From: Alphaproteobacteria bacterium | Lineage (GTDB): Bacteria; Pseudomonadota; Alphaproteobacteria; MPNO01 | Assembly (NCBI GenBank): GCA_964291675.2 | Contig: OZ219866.1 | Span: 2,688,001 to 2,752,000 of the forward strand | Reading direction: 5' to 3' | Length of the DNA: 64,000 bases | In this document: positions 1 to 8,364 of the stretch, in pieces | Position numbering within the stretch: position 1 is the first letter of the stretch | Layout of the letters: each line of letters starts with the position of its first letter | Notes under the pieces: model-generated | The model's database searches: none | What the model was told of the DNA's origin: nothing | The model's input: the letters and a program-made list of their open reading frames with translations, nothing else | Translations under genes and position numbers: made by a program

Positions 1-951
1 CTTCAGAGGCAGTGGCTCGGGGAGGATATCGTCGTCTGGTCCGACGACGGGGGAGCGGTCTGCGCGGCCCGCGCGGTGTGCCCCCATCTCGGCGCCTCCC
101 TGGGTCCTGCGGCCGGCGGGCGGGTGCGCGACGGTCGCCTCGTGTGCCCGTTTCACGGCTTCGCCTACGACGCCCGCGGCGCGTGCGTCGCCACGCCCTT
201 CGGCCCGCCGCCGCCTGCGGCGAAGCTGGAGGTGTTCGAGACGCGGGTGATCTCCGGCCTGGTCTTCGCCTGGTGGGGCATCGACGGGCGTCCGCCGCGA
301 TGGCGCCTTCCCGAGGACCCGCCGGAAGGCGACGGGTGGGGCGGGAAGGAGATCCGCACCATCCGGTTTCCCGGCCACCCGCAGGAGACCACGGAGAACT
401 CGGTGGACCTCGGCCATCTGCGCTACGTGCACGGCTACGACGCGGTCAAGCCGGTCGGCGAGACCGCGGTGGAGGGCGCGTATCTCCTGACCCGCTTCGA
501 TTTCAGGCGCCGCCGCCGGATCGCCGGGTTCACCGACCTGATCTACGACATCTCGGCGACCGCCCATATCCATGGGCTGGGCTATTCGTTCGTCGAGGTC
601 GTCGAGCGCACGATCGGCATGCACTCCCGCCTCTGGGTGCTGGCCACACCGGTCGACGGCCGGCTCATCGACATGGTCCTGGTCTCGCAGCTGCGCGAGC
701 TGCGCGAGCCCAGGCGCCCGATCTCCGGTCTCGGTTTCCTGCCGGTGAAGCTGCGCACCCGGCTGATGAACAGGATTCTGATGTCCTCGCAGGTAAGGGA
801 CGTTCGACAGGACGTGACGATCTGGGAAAACAAGCGATACCGGCCGCGGCCGAGCCTGTCCCGTTCCGACGGCGAGATCGGCAGGTACCGGCGCTATTGC
901 AGGCAGTTCTATCCGTGCGGCCGCGCCGGCGGCGTGCGGGGAGAAGATTGA
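1..951 (+). CDS. Rieske [2Fe-2S] non-heme iron oxygenase (KshA / cholesterol 7-desaturase-like), 5' end truncated by window
   Basis: Frame is open from base 1 (LQRQWLGEDIVVW...). Rieske motifs CPHLG and CPFHG; mononuclear Fe motif ENSVDLGHLRYVH; C-terminal QDVTIWENKRY typical of KshA/Neverland-type enzymes. Confidence 0.8.
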   Translation, partial: LQRQWLGEDIVVWSDDGGAVCAARAVCPHLGASLGPAAGGRVRDGRLVCPFHGFAYDARGACVATPFGPPPPAAKLEVFETRVISGLVFAWWGIDGRPPRWRLPEDPPEGDGWGGKEIRTIRFPGHPQETTENSVDLGHLRYVHGYDAVKPVGETAVEGAYLLTRFDFRRRRRIAGFTDLIYDISATAHIHGLGYSFVEVVERTIGMHSRLWVLATPVDGRLIDMVLVSQLRELREPRRPISGLGFLPVKLRTRLMNRILMSSQVRDVRQDVTIWENKRYRPRPSLSRSDGEIGRYRRYCRQFYPCGRAGGVRGED

Positions 952-1014
952 GGGGAAGCCGCGCGGGCGGCACGACGATTTCTATGCTCGGCGCATTCGA
1001 AGGAGATCTCGGCC

Positions 1015-2172
1015 ATGGGTGAAATCACGCTCGGCGTGGAAGAGGAGTTGATGATCGTCGATCCGCGCACGCGCGACGTGGTCGCCGACCCCGACGAGGG
1101 GATCATGGTCCGGGCCGTCGAGCTGGCCGGCGAGCACAAGGTGGTCAGCGAGTTCATGCGTTCGCAGATCGAAACCAATTCCCGGGTGTGCGGCTCGGTC
1201 GCCGAGGTCGAACAGAGCCTCAGGGAGACGCGGCGCTGCGCCATCGACGCCACGCGCGAGCACGGCGCCCGGGTGATCGCGTCCTCGACCCATCCCTGGG
1301 CCCGGTGGCAGGAACAGCAGGTGACGCAGAAGGAGCGCTACCAGCGCGCCGAGATCGATTTCCAGGACAGCGTGCGGCAGTTCTTCATCGGCGGGATGCA
1401 CATCCATGCCGGGTTCGACGGCGACGACCGCAGGATCGAGGTGATGTACGCGCTGCGCGGCTATCTGGCCCTGTTCCTCGTGCTCTCCTGCTCGTCGCCC
1501 TTCCATGGCGGCCGGCTGACCGGGCTCAAATCCTACCGCCAGATGGCGATCGGCGCGCTGCCGCGCACCGGGACGCCGCCGGCGATGCGCACGCGGTCCG
1601 ACTACGACGCCGTGGTGGCGCGTTACAAGTCGATCGAGGCGATCGAGGACGGCAGCGAGCTGCGCTGGGACATCCGCCCGTCGGCGAGCTACGCCACGAT
1701 CGAGCTCAGGATCTGCGACATCTGCCCCAGGATCGAGGAGGCCGTGGCCATCGCCGCCCTCTATGCCTGCCTGATCCGCAACCTGAACGCGCGGCTGGAT
1801 GCCGGAGAGCGGCTGGCGGAGATTCCGCCGGAATCGGTCGAAGAGGGGCGCTGGATCGCGCAGCGCTACGGTACCTTCGCCTTCCTGCCCTACCCGGACG
1901 GGCGAGGCGGCCGGGTCGATGTTGCCGATTTCGCGGGCGAGCTCGTGGCCGCGCTCGGCGACGATGCGCGGGCGCTCGGCTGCGAGTCGGCGCTCGCGCG
2001 GGTCGAACGAATCGTTGCTCTCGGCAACAGCGCCGACCGGCAGGAGGACGTCTACCGGCAGGCGATGCTGGACGGGGCGGACAGCGCGGAGGCGCTGCGC
2101 GCGGTGGTCGATTCGGTGATCGCCGAGACCGAGCGCGGAGTCGCGTCCGCCGACGCAGCGGCGTCCGGGTGA
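1015..2172 (+). CDS. carboxylate-amine ligase / glutamate-cysteine ligase family 2 (YbdK-like)
   Basis: Motifs TLGVEEELMIVD, GMHIHAG, SSPF, WDIRPS..YATIELRICD; RBS AAGGAG upstream. Confidence 0.85.
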   Translation: MGEITLGVEEELMIVDPRTRDVVADPDEGIMVRAVELAGEHKVVSEFMRSQIETNSRVCGSVAEVEQSLRETRRCAIDATREHGARVIASSTHPWARWQEQQVTQKERYQRAEIDFQDSVRQFFIGGMHIHAGFDGDDRRIEVMYALRGYLALFLVLSCSSPFHGGRLTGLKSYRQMAIGALPRTGTPPAMRTRSDYDAVVARYKSIEAIEDGSELRWDIRPSASYATIELRICDICPRIEEAVAIAALYACLIRNLNARLDAGERLAEIPPESVEEGRWIAQRYGTFAFLPYPDGRGGRVDVADFAGELVAALGDDARALGCESALARVERIVALGNSADRQEDVYRQAMLDGADSAEALRAVVDSVIAETERGVASADAAASG

Positions 2173-2205
2173 CGGCCCAATGCGGGATCGAGTGCGGACA
2201 AGCCC

Positions 2206-3063
2206 ATGAACCAAGACATGAACGGAAAAACCTGCCTGATCACCGGCGCCAACGCGGGAATCGGAAAGGCGGCGGCGCTCGGCCTCGCGCGGCTGGGCGC
2301 GACGGTGGTGCTGCTCTGCCGAAGCGAGGCCCGCGGCCGCGCGGCCGTGGCGGAGATCGAACGCCGCAGCGGCAGCCGCGCGCTCCATCTGCTGGTCGCC
2401 GACCTCGCCTCGCAGCCCGAGATCCGCCGCGTGGCGGCGGAGTACCTAGAACGCTTCGAGCGTCTCGACGTGCTGGTCAACAACGCGGCCGTGCTCGCCT
2501 GGCAGGAGCGCCGGCTCAGCGAGGACGGGCTGGAGCTCACCTTCGCTGTCAACCACCTGGCGCCGTTCCTGCTGACCGGGCTGTTGCTCGACCGGCTCAA
2601 GGCGAGCGCGCCTTCCCGCATCGTCACCGTGGCCTCGGGCGCGCACCGGAGAGCCCCGCTCGATTTCGACGACTTGCAGAACGAGCGCGACTACTCGCCG
2701 TTCGACGCCTATTGCCGGTCCAAGCTGGCCAATGTGTACTTCACCTACGAGCTCGCGCGCCGCCTCGAAGGGACCGGGGTGACGGCCAACTGCCTGCACC
2801 CGGGCGTGGTCTCGACGGCCCTGTTCCGCGACATGAGATGGTGGCAGCGGATCGCCATCTGGCTCGGCCGCCCGTTCCTCCTGACGCCGGCGCGCGGCGC
2901 CGACACGGCGGTCTATCTCGCCGCCTCGGGCGATGTCGCCGGCGTCACGGGAAAGTATTTCGAGAAGCGCGAGGCGGTCCGGTCCTCGCCCGTCTCCTAC
3001 GATGCCGAGCACGCGCGGCGCCTGTGGGAGGCGAGCGAGGCGTTGACGGAGGCCCGGGACTAG
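2206..3063 (+). CDS. short-chain dehydrogenase/reductase (retinol dehydrogenase-like SDR)
   Basis: ITGANAGIG Rossmann motif, LVNNA, catalytic YCRSK (YxxxK), LHPGVV. Confidence 0.9.
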   Translation: MNQDMNGKTCLITGANAGIGKAAALGLARLGATVVLLCRSEARGRAAVAEIERRSGSRALHLLVADLASQPEIRRVAAEYLERFERLDVLVNNAAVLAWQERRLSEDGLELTFAVNHLAPFLLTGLLLDRLKASAPSRIVTVASGAHRRAPLDFDDLQNERDYSPFDAYCRSKLANVYFTYELARRLEGTGVTANCLHPGVVSTALFRDMRWWQRIAIWLGRPFLLTPARGADTAVYLAASGDVAGVTGKYFEKREAVRSSPVSYDAEHARRLWEASEALTEARD

Positions 3064-3455
3064 CCTGCACCCGTCCGCGAGCCGGTTCGCCGCGCGAGCC
3101 ACCATGCGACCCAAACCGGCAGGCTCAGCGCGGCCGCCGCGACGGCGATGGCGACGGGTCCGAGCAGGCCGGCGAAGAGCCCGGCCGCCACGGTGAGCGC
3201 GCCGAGCCCGACACCCGCCGCCCAGGCGGATCTCCGGTAGCCCCGCCGCCACAGCGCGCGGCAGGCGAGCGCGAGCGGCAGGCCGCAGGGCGCAACGACG
3301 GCGAGGCTCCCCGCCGACATGAGCAACGTGGCCAGCCACAAGCCCGGCTCGGCCGGTGGCCCGAAGCGGAGCAGGGCGGAGGCGACGATGCCGGCCGGCA
3401 GCCACAGCAGGGCGAGCGGCCAGAACCCGTATCGCCCGGCGATCCCCGGTCTCAC
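3060..3455 (-). CDS. hypothetical integral membrane protein
   Basis: 131-aa ORF with about 4 hydrophobic segments; starts just downstream of dps and fills the gap to the SDR. Confidence 0.55.
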   Translation of the reverse strand: MRPGIAGRYGFWPLALLWLPAGIVASALLRFGPPAEPGLWLATLLMSAGSLAVVAPCGLPLALACRALWRRGYRRSAWAAGVGLGALTVAAGLFAGLLGPVAIAVAAAALSLPVWVAWWLARRTGSRTGAG

Positions 3456-3467
3456 GCCATCCCCCGG

Positions 3468-3962
3468 TCAGCGGTCGGCCTGGGCGTGCGCCTCCACCAG
3501 CCACAGGTTCTTGTCGATGTCCCGCGAGACGCCGACGAACATGTCTTCGGTATCGGCGTCGCCGATCTCCGCCGCCTCGGCGATCGCCCGGCGCACCTGC
3601 TTGGCGAACGCGGCGAGCGCCGTGCTCACCGCCTCGACGTGGTCGGCGCCGGCTCGAATCTCCAGGGGAAATTCGGGCAGCGTCGAGGCGGACGCCGCCA
3701 CCGCGGCCGTGCCGTGCGCGGTCCCGCCGAGCGCCGTGATCCGCTCCGCCATGTCATCGACATGGATCTGCACGGCGCCGTGGACGGTATCGAACAGTTC
3801 GTGCAGCGCGATGAAGCCGGGGCCCTTCACGTTCCAATGGGCCTGTTTCATCTGGCTCGACAGATCGACGCCATCGGCCAGCCTTGCGTTGAGCAGGTCG
3901 ATCGCCGCCGCGCGCAAATTGTCGGGGATGTCGATCTTCGTCCGGTGCAATGTCTGGGGCAT
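3468..3962 (-). CDS. dps: DNA starvation/stationary phase protection protein Dps
   Basis: Signature KQAHWNVKGPGFIALHELFD...DDMAERI and C-terminal DKNLWLVEAH. Confidence 0.95.
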   Translation of the reverse strand: MPQTLHRTKIDIPDNLRAAAIDLLNARLADGVDLSSQMKQAHWNVKGPGFIALHELFDTVHGAVQIHVDDMAERITALGGTAHGTAAVAASASTLPEFPLEIRAGADHVEAVSTALAAFAKQVRRAIAEAAEIGDADTEDMFVGVSRDIDKNLWLVEAHAQADR

Positions 3963-3980
3963 GCTGAGCCTGCTACTTCC

Positions 3981-3997
3981 TTTAGAACGATTCCAAA
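3981..3997. promoter_or_regulatory. Irr-binding iron control element (ICE box) upstream of dps
   Basis: TTTAGAACGATTCCAAA matches the ICE consensus TTTRGAAYNRTTCYAAA at all positions. It lies 19-35 bp upstream of an iron-storage gene, and an AT-rich 17-mer is unlikely by chance in this GC-rich DNA. Confidence 0.75.
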
Positions 3998-4071
3998 TGT
4001 GGTGTTTCGCGCGACGAATTCAAGAGCGGGGAGGCTCGCGTCTCCAGCCAGCCGTCCGCAAACCCGTCCGT

Positions 4072-4863
4072 TCAGTGCGATCGCCCGCGCCAGAACCGGG
4101 TGACGATGAACAGGGCGAGCGCCGCGACCACGATCGAGGGTCCGGACGGCGTATCGAGGCTTGCCGAGGCGAGCAGCCCGCCCGCCACCGCGACGATACC
4201 CGCGGCCGCGGCGCCGGCCGCCATGCCTTCCGGGCTCGCGGCGAAACGGCGGACCGTCGCCGCCGGGATGATCAGCAGGGCGACGATCAGGAGGACGCCT
4301 ACGATCTTGATCGCGCCGGCGATCACCGCCGCCAGCAGGATACCGAATATCAGCCGCGCGCGATCCGGCCGCAGCCCGGCCACCGATGCCAAGTCCGCGC
4401 TGACGGTCGCGGCGAGCAGAGGGCGCCAGATCCAGCGCAGAACCGCCAGGGCGATCGCGCCGCCGACCCAGACCACCGCCAGGTCGATGCGCGACACCGC
4501 GAGGAGGTCGCCGAACAGCAGCGCATGCAGGTTGAGGCGCATGCCGGGAAAGAAGGACAGAATGACCAGGCCGAGGGCGAGCCCGCCATGCGAGAGCAGG
4601 CCGAGCAGGGTGTCGGTCGGCAGAGTGTCGCGCCGTTCGAGATAGAACATCGCCAGCACGACCGCGGCGGCAACGGCGAAAATGCCGACCGCGAGGTTGA
4701 GGTCGATCAGGATGGCGAGGGCGACGCCGAGCAGCGCCGAATGGGCTATCGTCTCGCCGAAATAGGCGAGCCTGCGCCAGACGATGAAACATCCCGTGGG
4801 ACCGGTGACCAGCGCGAGCCCGATTCCGGCGATCAGGGCGCGGGTCAGGAAGTCGTCCAGCAC
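4072..4863 (-). CDS. znuB: Zn/Mn ABC transporter permease (copy 1)
   Basis: GPTGCFIVWRRLAYFGETIAHSALLG, LFGDLL, KIVGVLLIVALLIIPAA, DTPSGPSIV. Confidence 0.9.
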   Translation of the reverse strand: MLDDFLTRALIAGIGLALVTGPTGCFIVWRRLAYFGETIAHSALLGVALAILIDLNLAVGIFAVAAAVVLAMFYLERRDTLPTDTLLGLLSHGGLALGLVILSFFPGMRLNLHALLFGDLLAVSRIDLAVVWVGGAIALAVLRWIWRPLLAATVSADLASVAGLRPDRARLIFGILLAAVIAGAIKIVGVLLIVALLIIPAATVRRFAASPEGMAAGAAAAGIVAVAGGLLASASLDTPSGPSIVVAALALFIVTRFWRGRSH

Positions 4864-4866
4864 GGC

Positions 4867-5502
4867 TCAGCCCGGCTCGTCATGCTCGTGCGGCAGGAGG
4901 ACCACGACATCGTCGCCGATCGCCATCGCTCGCTCCAGATCGTGCGAGATCAGCAGCACCCCGCAGCCGAGATCGGCGCGGATGCCCTCGATCAATTCGT
5001 GCACCACATCGGCGCCGGCGAGGTCGACCCCCTGCGCCGGTTCGTCGAGCACCAGCAGGTCGGGGCGGTGAAGCAGCGCCCGGGCCAGCAGGAGCCTCTG
5101 GAACTCGCCGCCGGACAGGGTGGTGATCGGCGGGTCGCCCAGCCGCTCGAGGCCGACGTCGCGCAGCGCATCGTCGATCTCGCCCGCGGCGAACCCGCCG
5201 GTCAGCGTCATCAGCCGGCGCAGCGTGAGCGGCAGGGTCGCGGTCAATGCCAGACGTTGCGGTACATACCCCACCCCGATCGCGGGCGAGCGCTCGACGG
5301 TCCCCTCGTCGGTTCCGATCAACCCGAGCACGGCCCTCGCGCAGGTCGACTTGCCGGCGCCGTTGGCGCCGATGAGGAACACCAGCTCGCCCCGGCCCAC
5401 CTTGAGGTCGACATGCCGGACGATCCAGCGTTCGCCCCGCCGCACGCCGATGCCTCGGGCCGCGACCAGGGTTCCGGCGTCGCCGCTCCCGGCGTCCGTC
5501 AT
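4867..5502 (-). CDS. znuC: Zn/Mn ABC transporter ATP-binding subunit (copy 1, short C-terminus)
   Basis: Walker A GANGAGKST, GYVPQ, LSGGEFQR, Walker B LLVLDEP, SHDL; ATG at 5502 chosen as start. Confidence 0.85.
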   Translation of the reverse strand: MTDAGSGDAGTLVAARGIGVRRGERWIVRHVDLKVGRGELVFLIGANGAGKSTCARAVLGLIGTDEGTVERSPAIGVGYVPQRLALTATLPLTLRRLMTLTGGFAAGEIDDALRDVGLERLGDPPITTLSGGEFQRLLLARALLHRPDLLVLDEPAQGVDLAGADVVHELIEGIRADLGCGVLLISHDLERAMAIGDDVVVLLPHEHDEPG

Positions 5503-5718
5503 GGCCGCTGTCCCGCTGGCGCGGGGATGGCGTCGGGGCGGCAAGTCAGGCGGAAGCCGGTGCGCATTGCATCAGCTGGTTCGCTTGCAGGGAGTGCCAC
5601 CGAGAAACTGCGCGACCGGGCGACACGGCTGGACGCTCACGCATTCGTGAATGTACAAGCTACGACGCCAGACGCAAGGCGATCCGGTCGATAGCAGACA
5701 ATCGTTGGAGCCGGTTCC

Positions 5719-6729
5719 ATGGATTTCGCCGATTCTATGTCATCGTGGACTCGTTCCGGGCTTGCCGCGGCGGCGCTCGCCGGCGGCGCGTTCGCCGGCG
5801 CCTCCGCCGCTTCCGCCGACATTCGGGTGGTCGCCTCGATCAAGCCGGTGCATTCCCTGGTGAGCGCCGTGATGGCCGGGGTCGGCGAGCCCCGCCTGCT
5901 GATGCGGGGCAGGGCCTCGCCGCACACCTTCACCCTGCGTCCGTCGGATGCCGCCGCCTTGGCGGACGCCGATGTCGTTTTCCTGATCGACGGGACGATG
6001 GAGACGTCGCTCGCCCGCTCGGTCGAGGCGCTCGCGGGTAAGGCGCGCGTGGTTGCGCTGGCCGATGCGAAGGGGCTGGTCCGCCTCCCGCTGCGGGAGG
6101 GCGGAGCCTTCGACGCGGATCCCCACCACGACCATGACGAGGACCACGCGAAGGGCAGGTCGCATACGCACGGCGATCGCGACCACGACGATGACCACGC
6201 GCGCGGCGCGTTCGACATGCATGTCTGGCTCGACCCGGTGAACGGCCGGACGATGGCGCGCGCGATCGCCCACGCCCTGTCGCAAGCCGACCCGGTGAAC
6301 GCCGCCAGCTACGAAGCCAACGCGCGGATGCTTCTCCCGAGGCTCGACGCGCTGGCCAAGCAAGTCTCCGCGGAGCTTGCCCCGGTCCGCGGCAAGCCGT
6401 TCGTCGTCTTTCATGACGGCTACCGCTATTTCGAGGATCGCTTCGGCCTCAACGCCGTCGGCTCGGTGGTGGTCAGCCCGGAGCGGTCGCCGGGCGCCAA
6501 GCGACTTCGCCGGCTGCGCGCGAAGATGCGCGAGCTCGACGTCGCCTGCGTGTTCGCCGAACCCCAGTTCAACATGCGAATCGTCGATGTCGTTCTCGAG
6601 GGCAGCAAGATCAGGTCCGGAATCGTCGACCCCCTCGGCGCCGATATCGAGGACGGTCCGGAGCTGTATTTCACGTTGCTGCGCAACATGGCCGCGGCGT
6701 TCAAGGGCTGCCTCGCGCCGGGCGCCTAA
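5719..6729 (+). CDS. znuA: zinc ABC transporter substrate-binding protein
   Basis: Signal-peptide-like N-terminus, VASIKPVHSLV, SPHTF, His/Asp-rich loop, DMHVWLDP, VFHDGYRYFE, EPQF. Confidence 0.92.
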   Translation: MDFADSMSSWTRSGLAAAALAGGAFAGASAASADIRVVASIKPVHSLVSAVMAGVGEPRLLMRGRASPHTFTLRPSDAAALADADVVFLIDGTMETSLARSVEALAGKARVVALADAKGLVRLPLREGGAFDADPHHDHDEDHAKGRSHTHGDRDHDDDHARGAFDMHVWLDPVNGRTMARAIAHALSQADPVNAASYEANARMLLPRLDALAKQVSAELAPVRGKPFVVFHDGYRYFEDRFGLNAVGSVVVSPERSPGAKRLRRLRAKMRELDVACVFAEPQFNMRIVDVVLEGSKIRSGIVDPLGADIEDGPELYFTLLRNMAAAFKGCLAPGA

Positions 6730-7520
6730 CCTCGCCCCCTGGGCACCGGGACGAGCAGGCTGGCTGCAAATATCGCGCTCGTGACCAGCACGATGGCCGG
6801 TCCGGCCGGAACGTCCCATTGGAGCGAGCCGAACAGCCCGGCGACGACGGAGACGACGCCGATCGCGGTCGCCGCCACCGCCATCCCCTCGGGCGTCGCC
6901 GTCAGGCGGCGCGCGGCCGCCGCCGGAATGATCACCAGCGCCACCACCAGCAGCATGCCGACGATCTTCATCCCCACCGCGATCACCGCGGCGACCAGCA
7001 GCAGGAGCAACATGCGGACCCGCTCCACCGGCACCCCTTCGACCGCTGCGAGATCCCGGTCCACGGCGAGAGAGAGGAGGTTGCGCCACTGCCAGGCGAT
7101 GACGGCGACGACGACGGCGGCGGTCGCGAAGATCAGCCAGAGGTCGGCGGCGCTCACCGCAAGGATGTCGCCGAACAAATATCCCAGCAGATCGACGCGC
7201 AGCCGTTCCATGAACGCAACCGCGACCAGCCCCGCCGCGAAGACGGCATGGGCGAGCACCCCGAGCAGGGCGTCGAGCGACAGGTAGCGCTGGCGTTCCA
7301 GCAGCGTCAGGCACCCCGCCAGCAGGAGACAGACCGCGAAGACCGCCAGGATCGGCTCGATGTCGAGCAGGAAGCCGAGCGCGATGCCCAGCAGCACCGC
7401 ATGCGCGAGCGCCGCCCCGAAATAGGCCATGCGGCGCCACACCACGAAGCAGCCCACCGGCCCGGCGGCCAGCGCCGCACCGATTCCGCCGCCGAGCGCG
7501 CGCAGGAAAAATTCCTCCAT
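6726..7520 (-). CDS. znuB: Zn ABC transporter permease (copy 2)
   Basis: MEEFFLRAL...GPVGCFVVWRRMAYFG, YLFGDILAV, DVPAGPAIV; this is the C-terminal part of track ORF 6726..8339. Confidence 0.9.
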   Translation of the reverse strand: MEEFFLRALGGGIGAALAAGPVGCFVVWRRMAYFGAALAHAVLLGIALGFLLDIEPILAVFAVCLLLAGCLTLLERQRYLSLDALLGVLAHAVFAAGLVAVAFMERLRVDLLGYLFGDILAVSAADLWLIFATAAVVVAVIAWQWRNLLSLAVDRDLAAVEGVPVERVRMLLLLLVAAVIAVGMKIVGMLLVVALVIIPAAAARRLTATPEGMAVAATAIGVVSVVAGLFGSLQWDVPAGPAIVLVTSAIFAASLLVPVPRGRG

Positions 7521-8320
7521 CAGGAGCGGCCGGCGGGAGGTGCCGATTCCTCCGGCGCGCCCGGTTCCATGGACCGGGGCTCGCCCAGCGCGTCGTGGCG
7601 GTGATCGTGCATGTGGCGGTAGACCGCCAGCGTGTCCGACAGATGCGGGCCGTAGAGCGAGATGAACTCCGGGTCGCGCAGCACCGCCTGGGGATGGCCG
7701 GTGCAGCAGACATGCCCGTTGAGGCACACCACCGTGTCGGTGGCGGCCATGACCAGATGCAGGTCGTGCGAGACCAGCAGAACGCCGCAGCCGTAGCGGT
7801 CCCGGATCGCCGCGATCATCCGGTATAGCTCGCTCTGGCTGGTCAGGTCGACGCCTGCCAGCGGCTCGTCGAGCACGAGCAGCCCCGGCTCGCGCAGCAG
7901 CGCCCGGGCCAGCAGGACGCGCTGCATCTCCCCGCCCGAAAGTTCGGCCAGCGGGTCGTCGATGACCCCGCCCGCACCGACCTCTTCGAGCATCGCATCG
8001 AGCTTCCGCTGCGGCGCCGGCGCGCCCAGTGTGAGGAAACGCCGCACCGTCATCGGCATGATCGGATCGCGCTGAACCTGTTGCGGGGTGTAGCCGATGC
8101 GCAACCCCGGCGCGCGGATCACCGCTCCCGAATCCGGCCGGATTATGCCCAGGATCGCGCGGACCAGGGTCGATTTGCCCGCGCCGTTGAGCCCGACCAG
8201 GGTGACGATCTCGCTGGCATGGACGGCAAGGTCGACCCGGTCCAGAACCGTCCGCCGCCCGAAGCGGAGGCTCACGTCCCGCGCGGCCACCAGCGGCGAG
8301 GCGGGCGATGCGGAAACCAT
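7520..8320 (-). CDS. znuC: Zn ABC transporter ATP-binding subunit (copy 2)
   Basis: GLNGAGKST, LSGGEMQR, LLVLDEP, and the ZnuC tail VCLNGHVCCTGHP...YRHMHDHRHD. Confidence 0.92.
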   Translation of the reverse strand: MVSASPASPLVAARDVSLRFGRRTVLDRVDLAVHASEIVTLVGLNGAGKSTLVRAILGIIRPDSGAVIRAPGLRIGYTPQQVQRDPIMPMTVRRFLTLGAPAPQRKLDAMLEEVGAGGVIDDPLAELSGGEMQRVLLARALLREPGLLVLDEPLAGVDLTSQSELYRMIAAIRDRYGCGVLLVSHDLHLVMAATDTVVCLNGHVCCTGHPQAVLRDPEFISLYGPHLSDTLAVYRHMHDHRHDALGEPRSMEPGAPEESAPPAGRS

Positions 8321-8364
8321 GGGCGGACCCTAGCAGCACGCGGTGCAGCGCGCCACGCCCGGCG

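Noticed and set aside
5503-5718. Zur box in the znuC/znuA divergent region
   Set aside because: I could not find a convincing GTTAT-N3-ATAAC-like palindrome by eye.
6120-6200. Repetitive CAC/GAC-rich stretch
   Set aside because: It encodes the normal His/Asp-rich loop of ZnuA and is not an independent repeat element.
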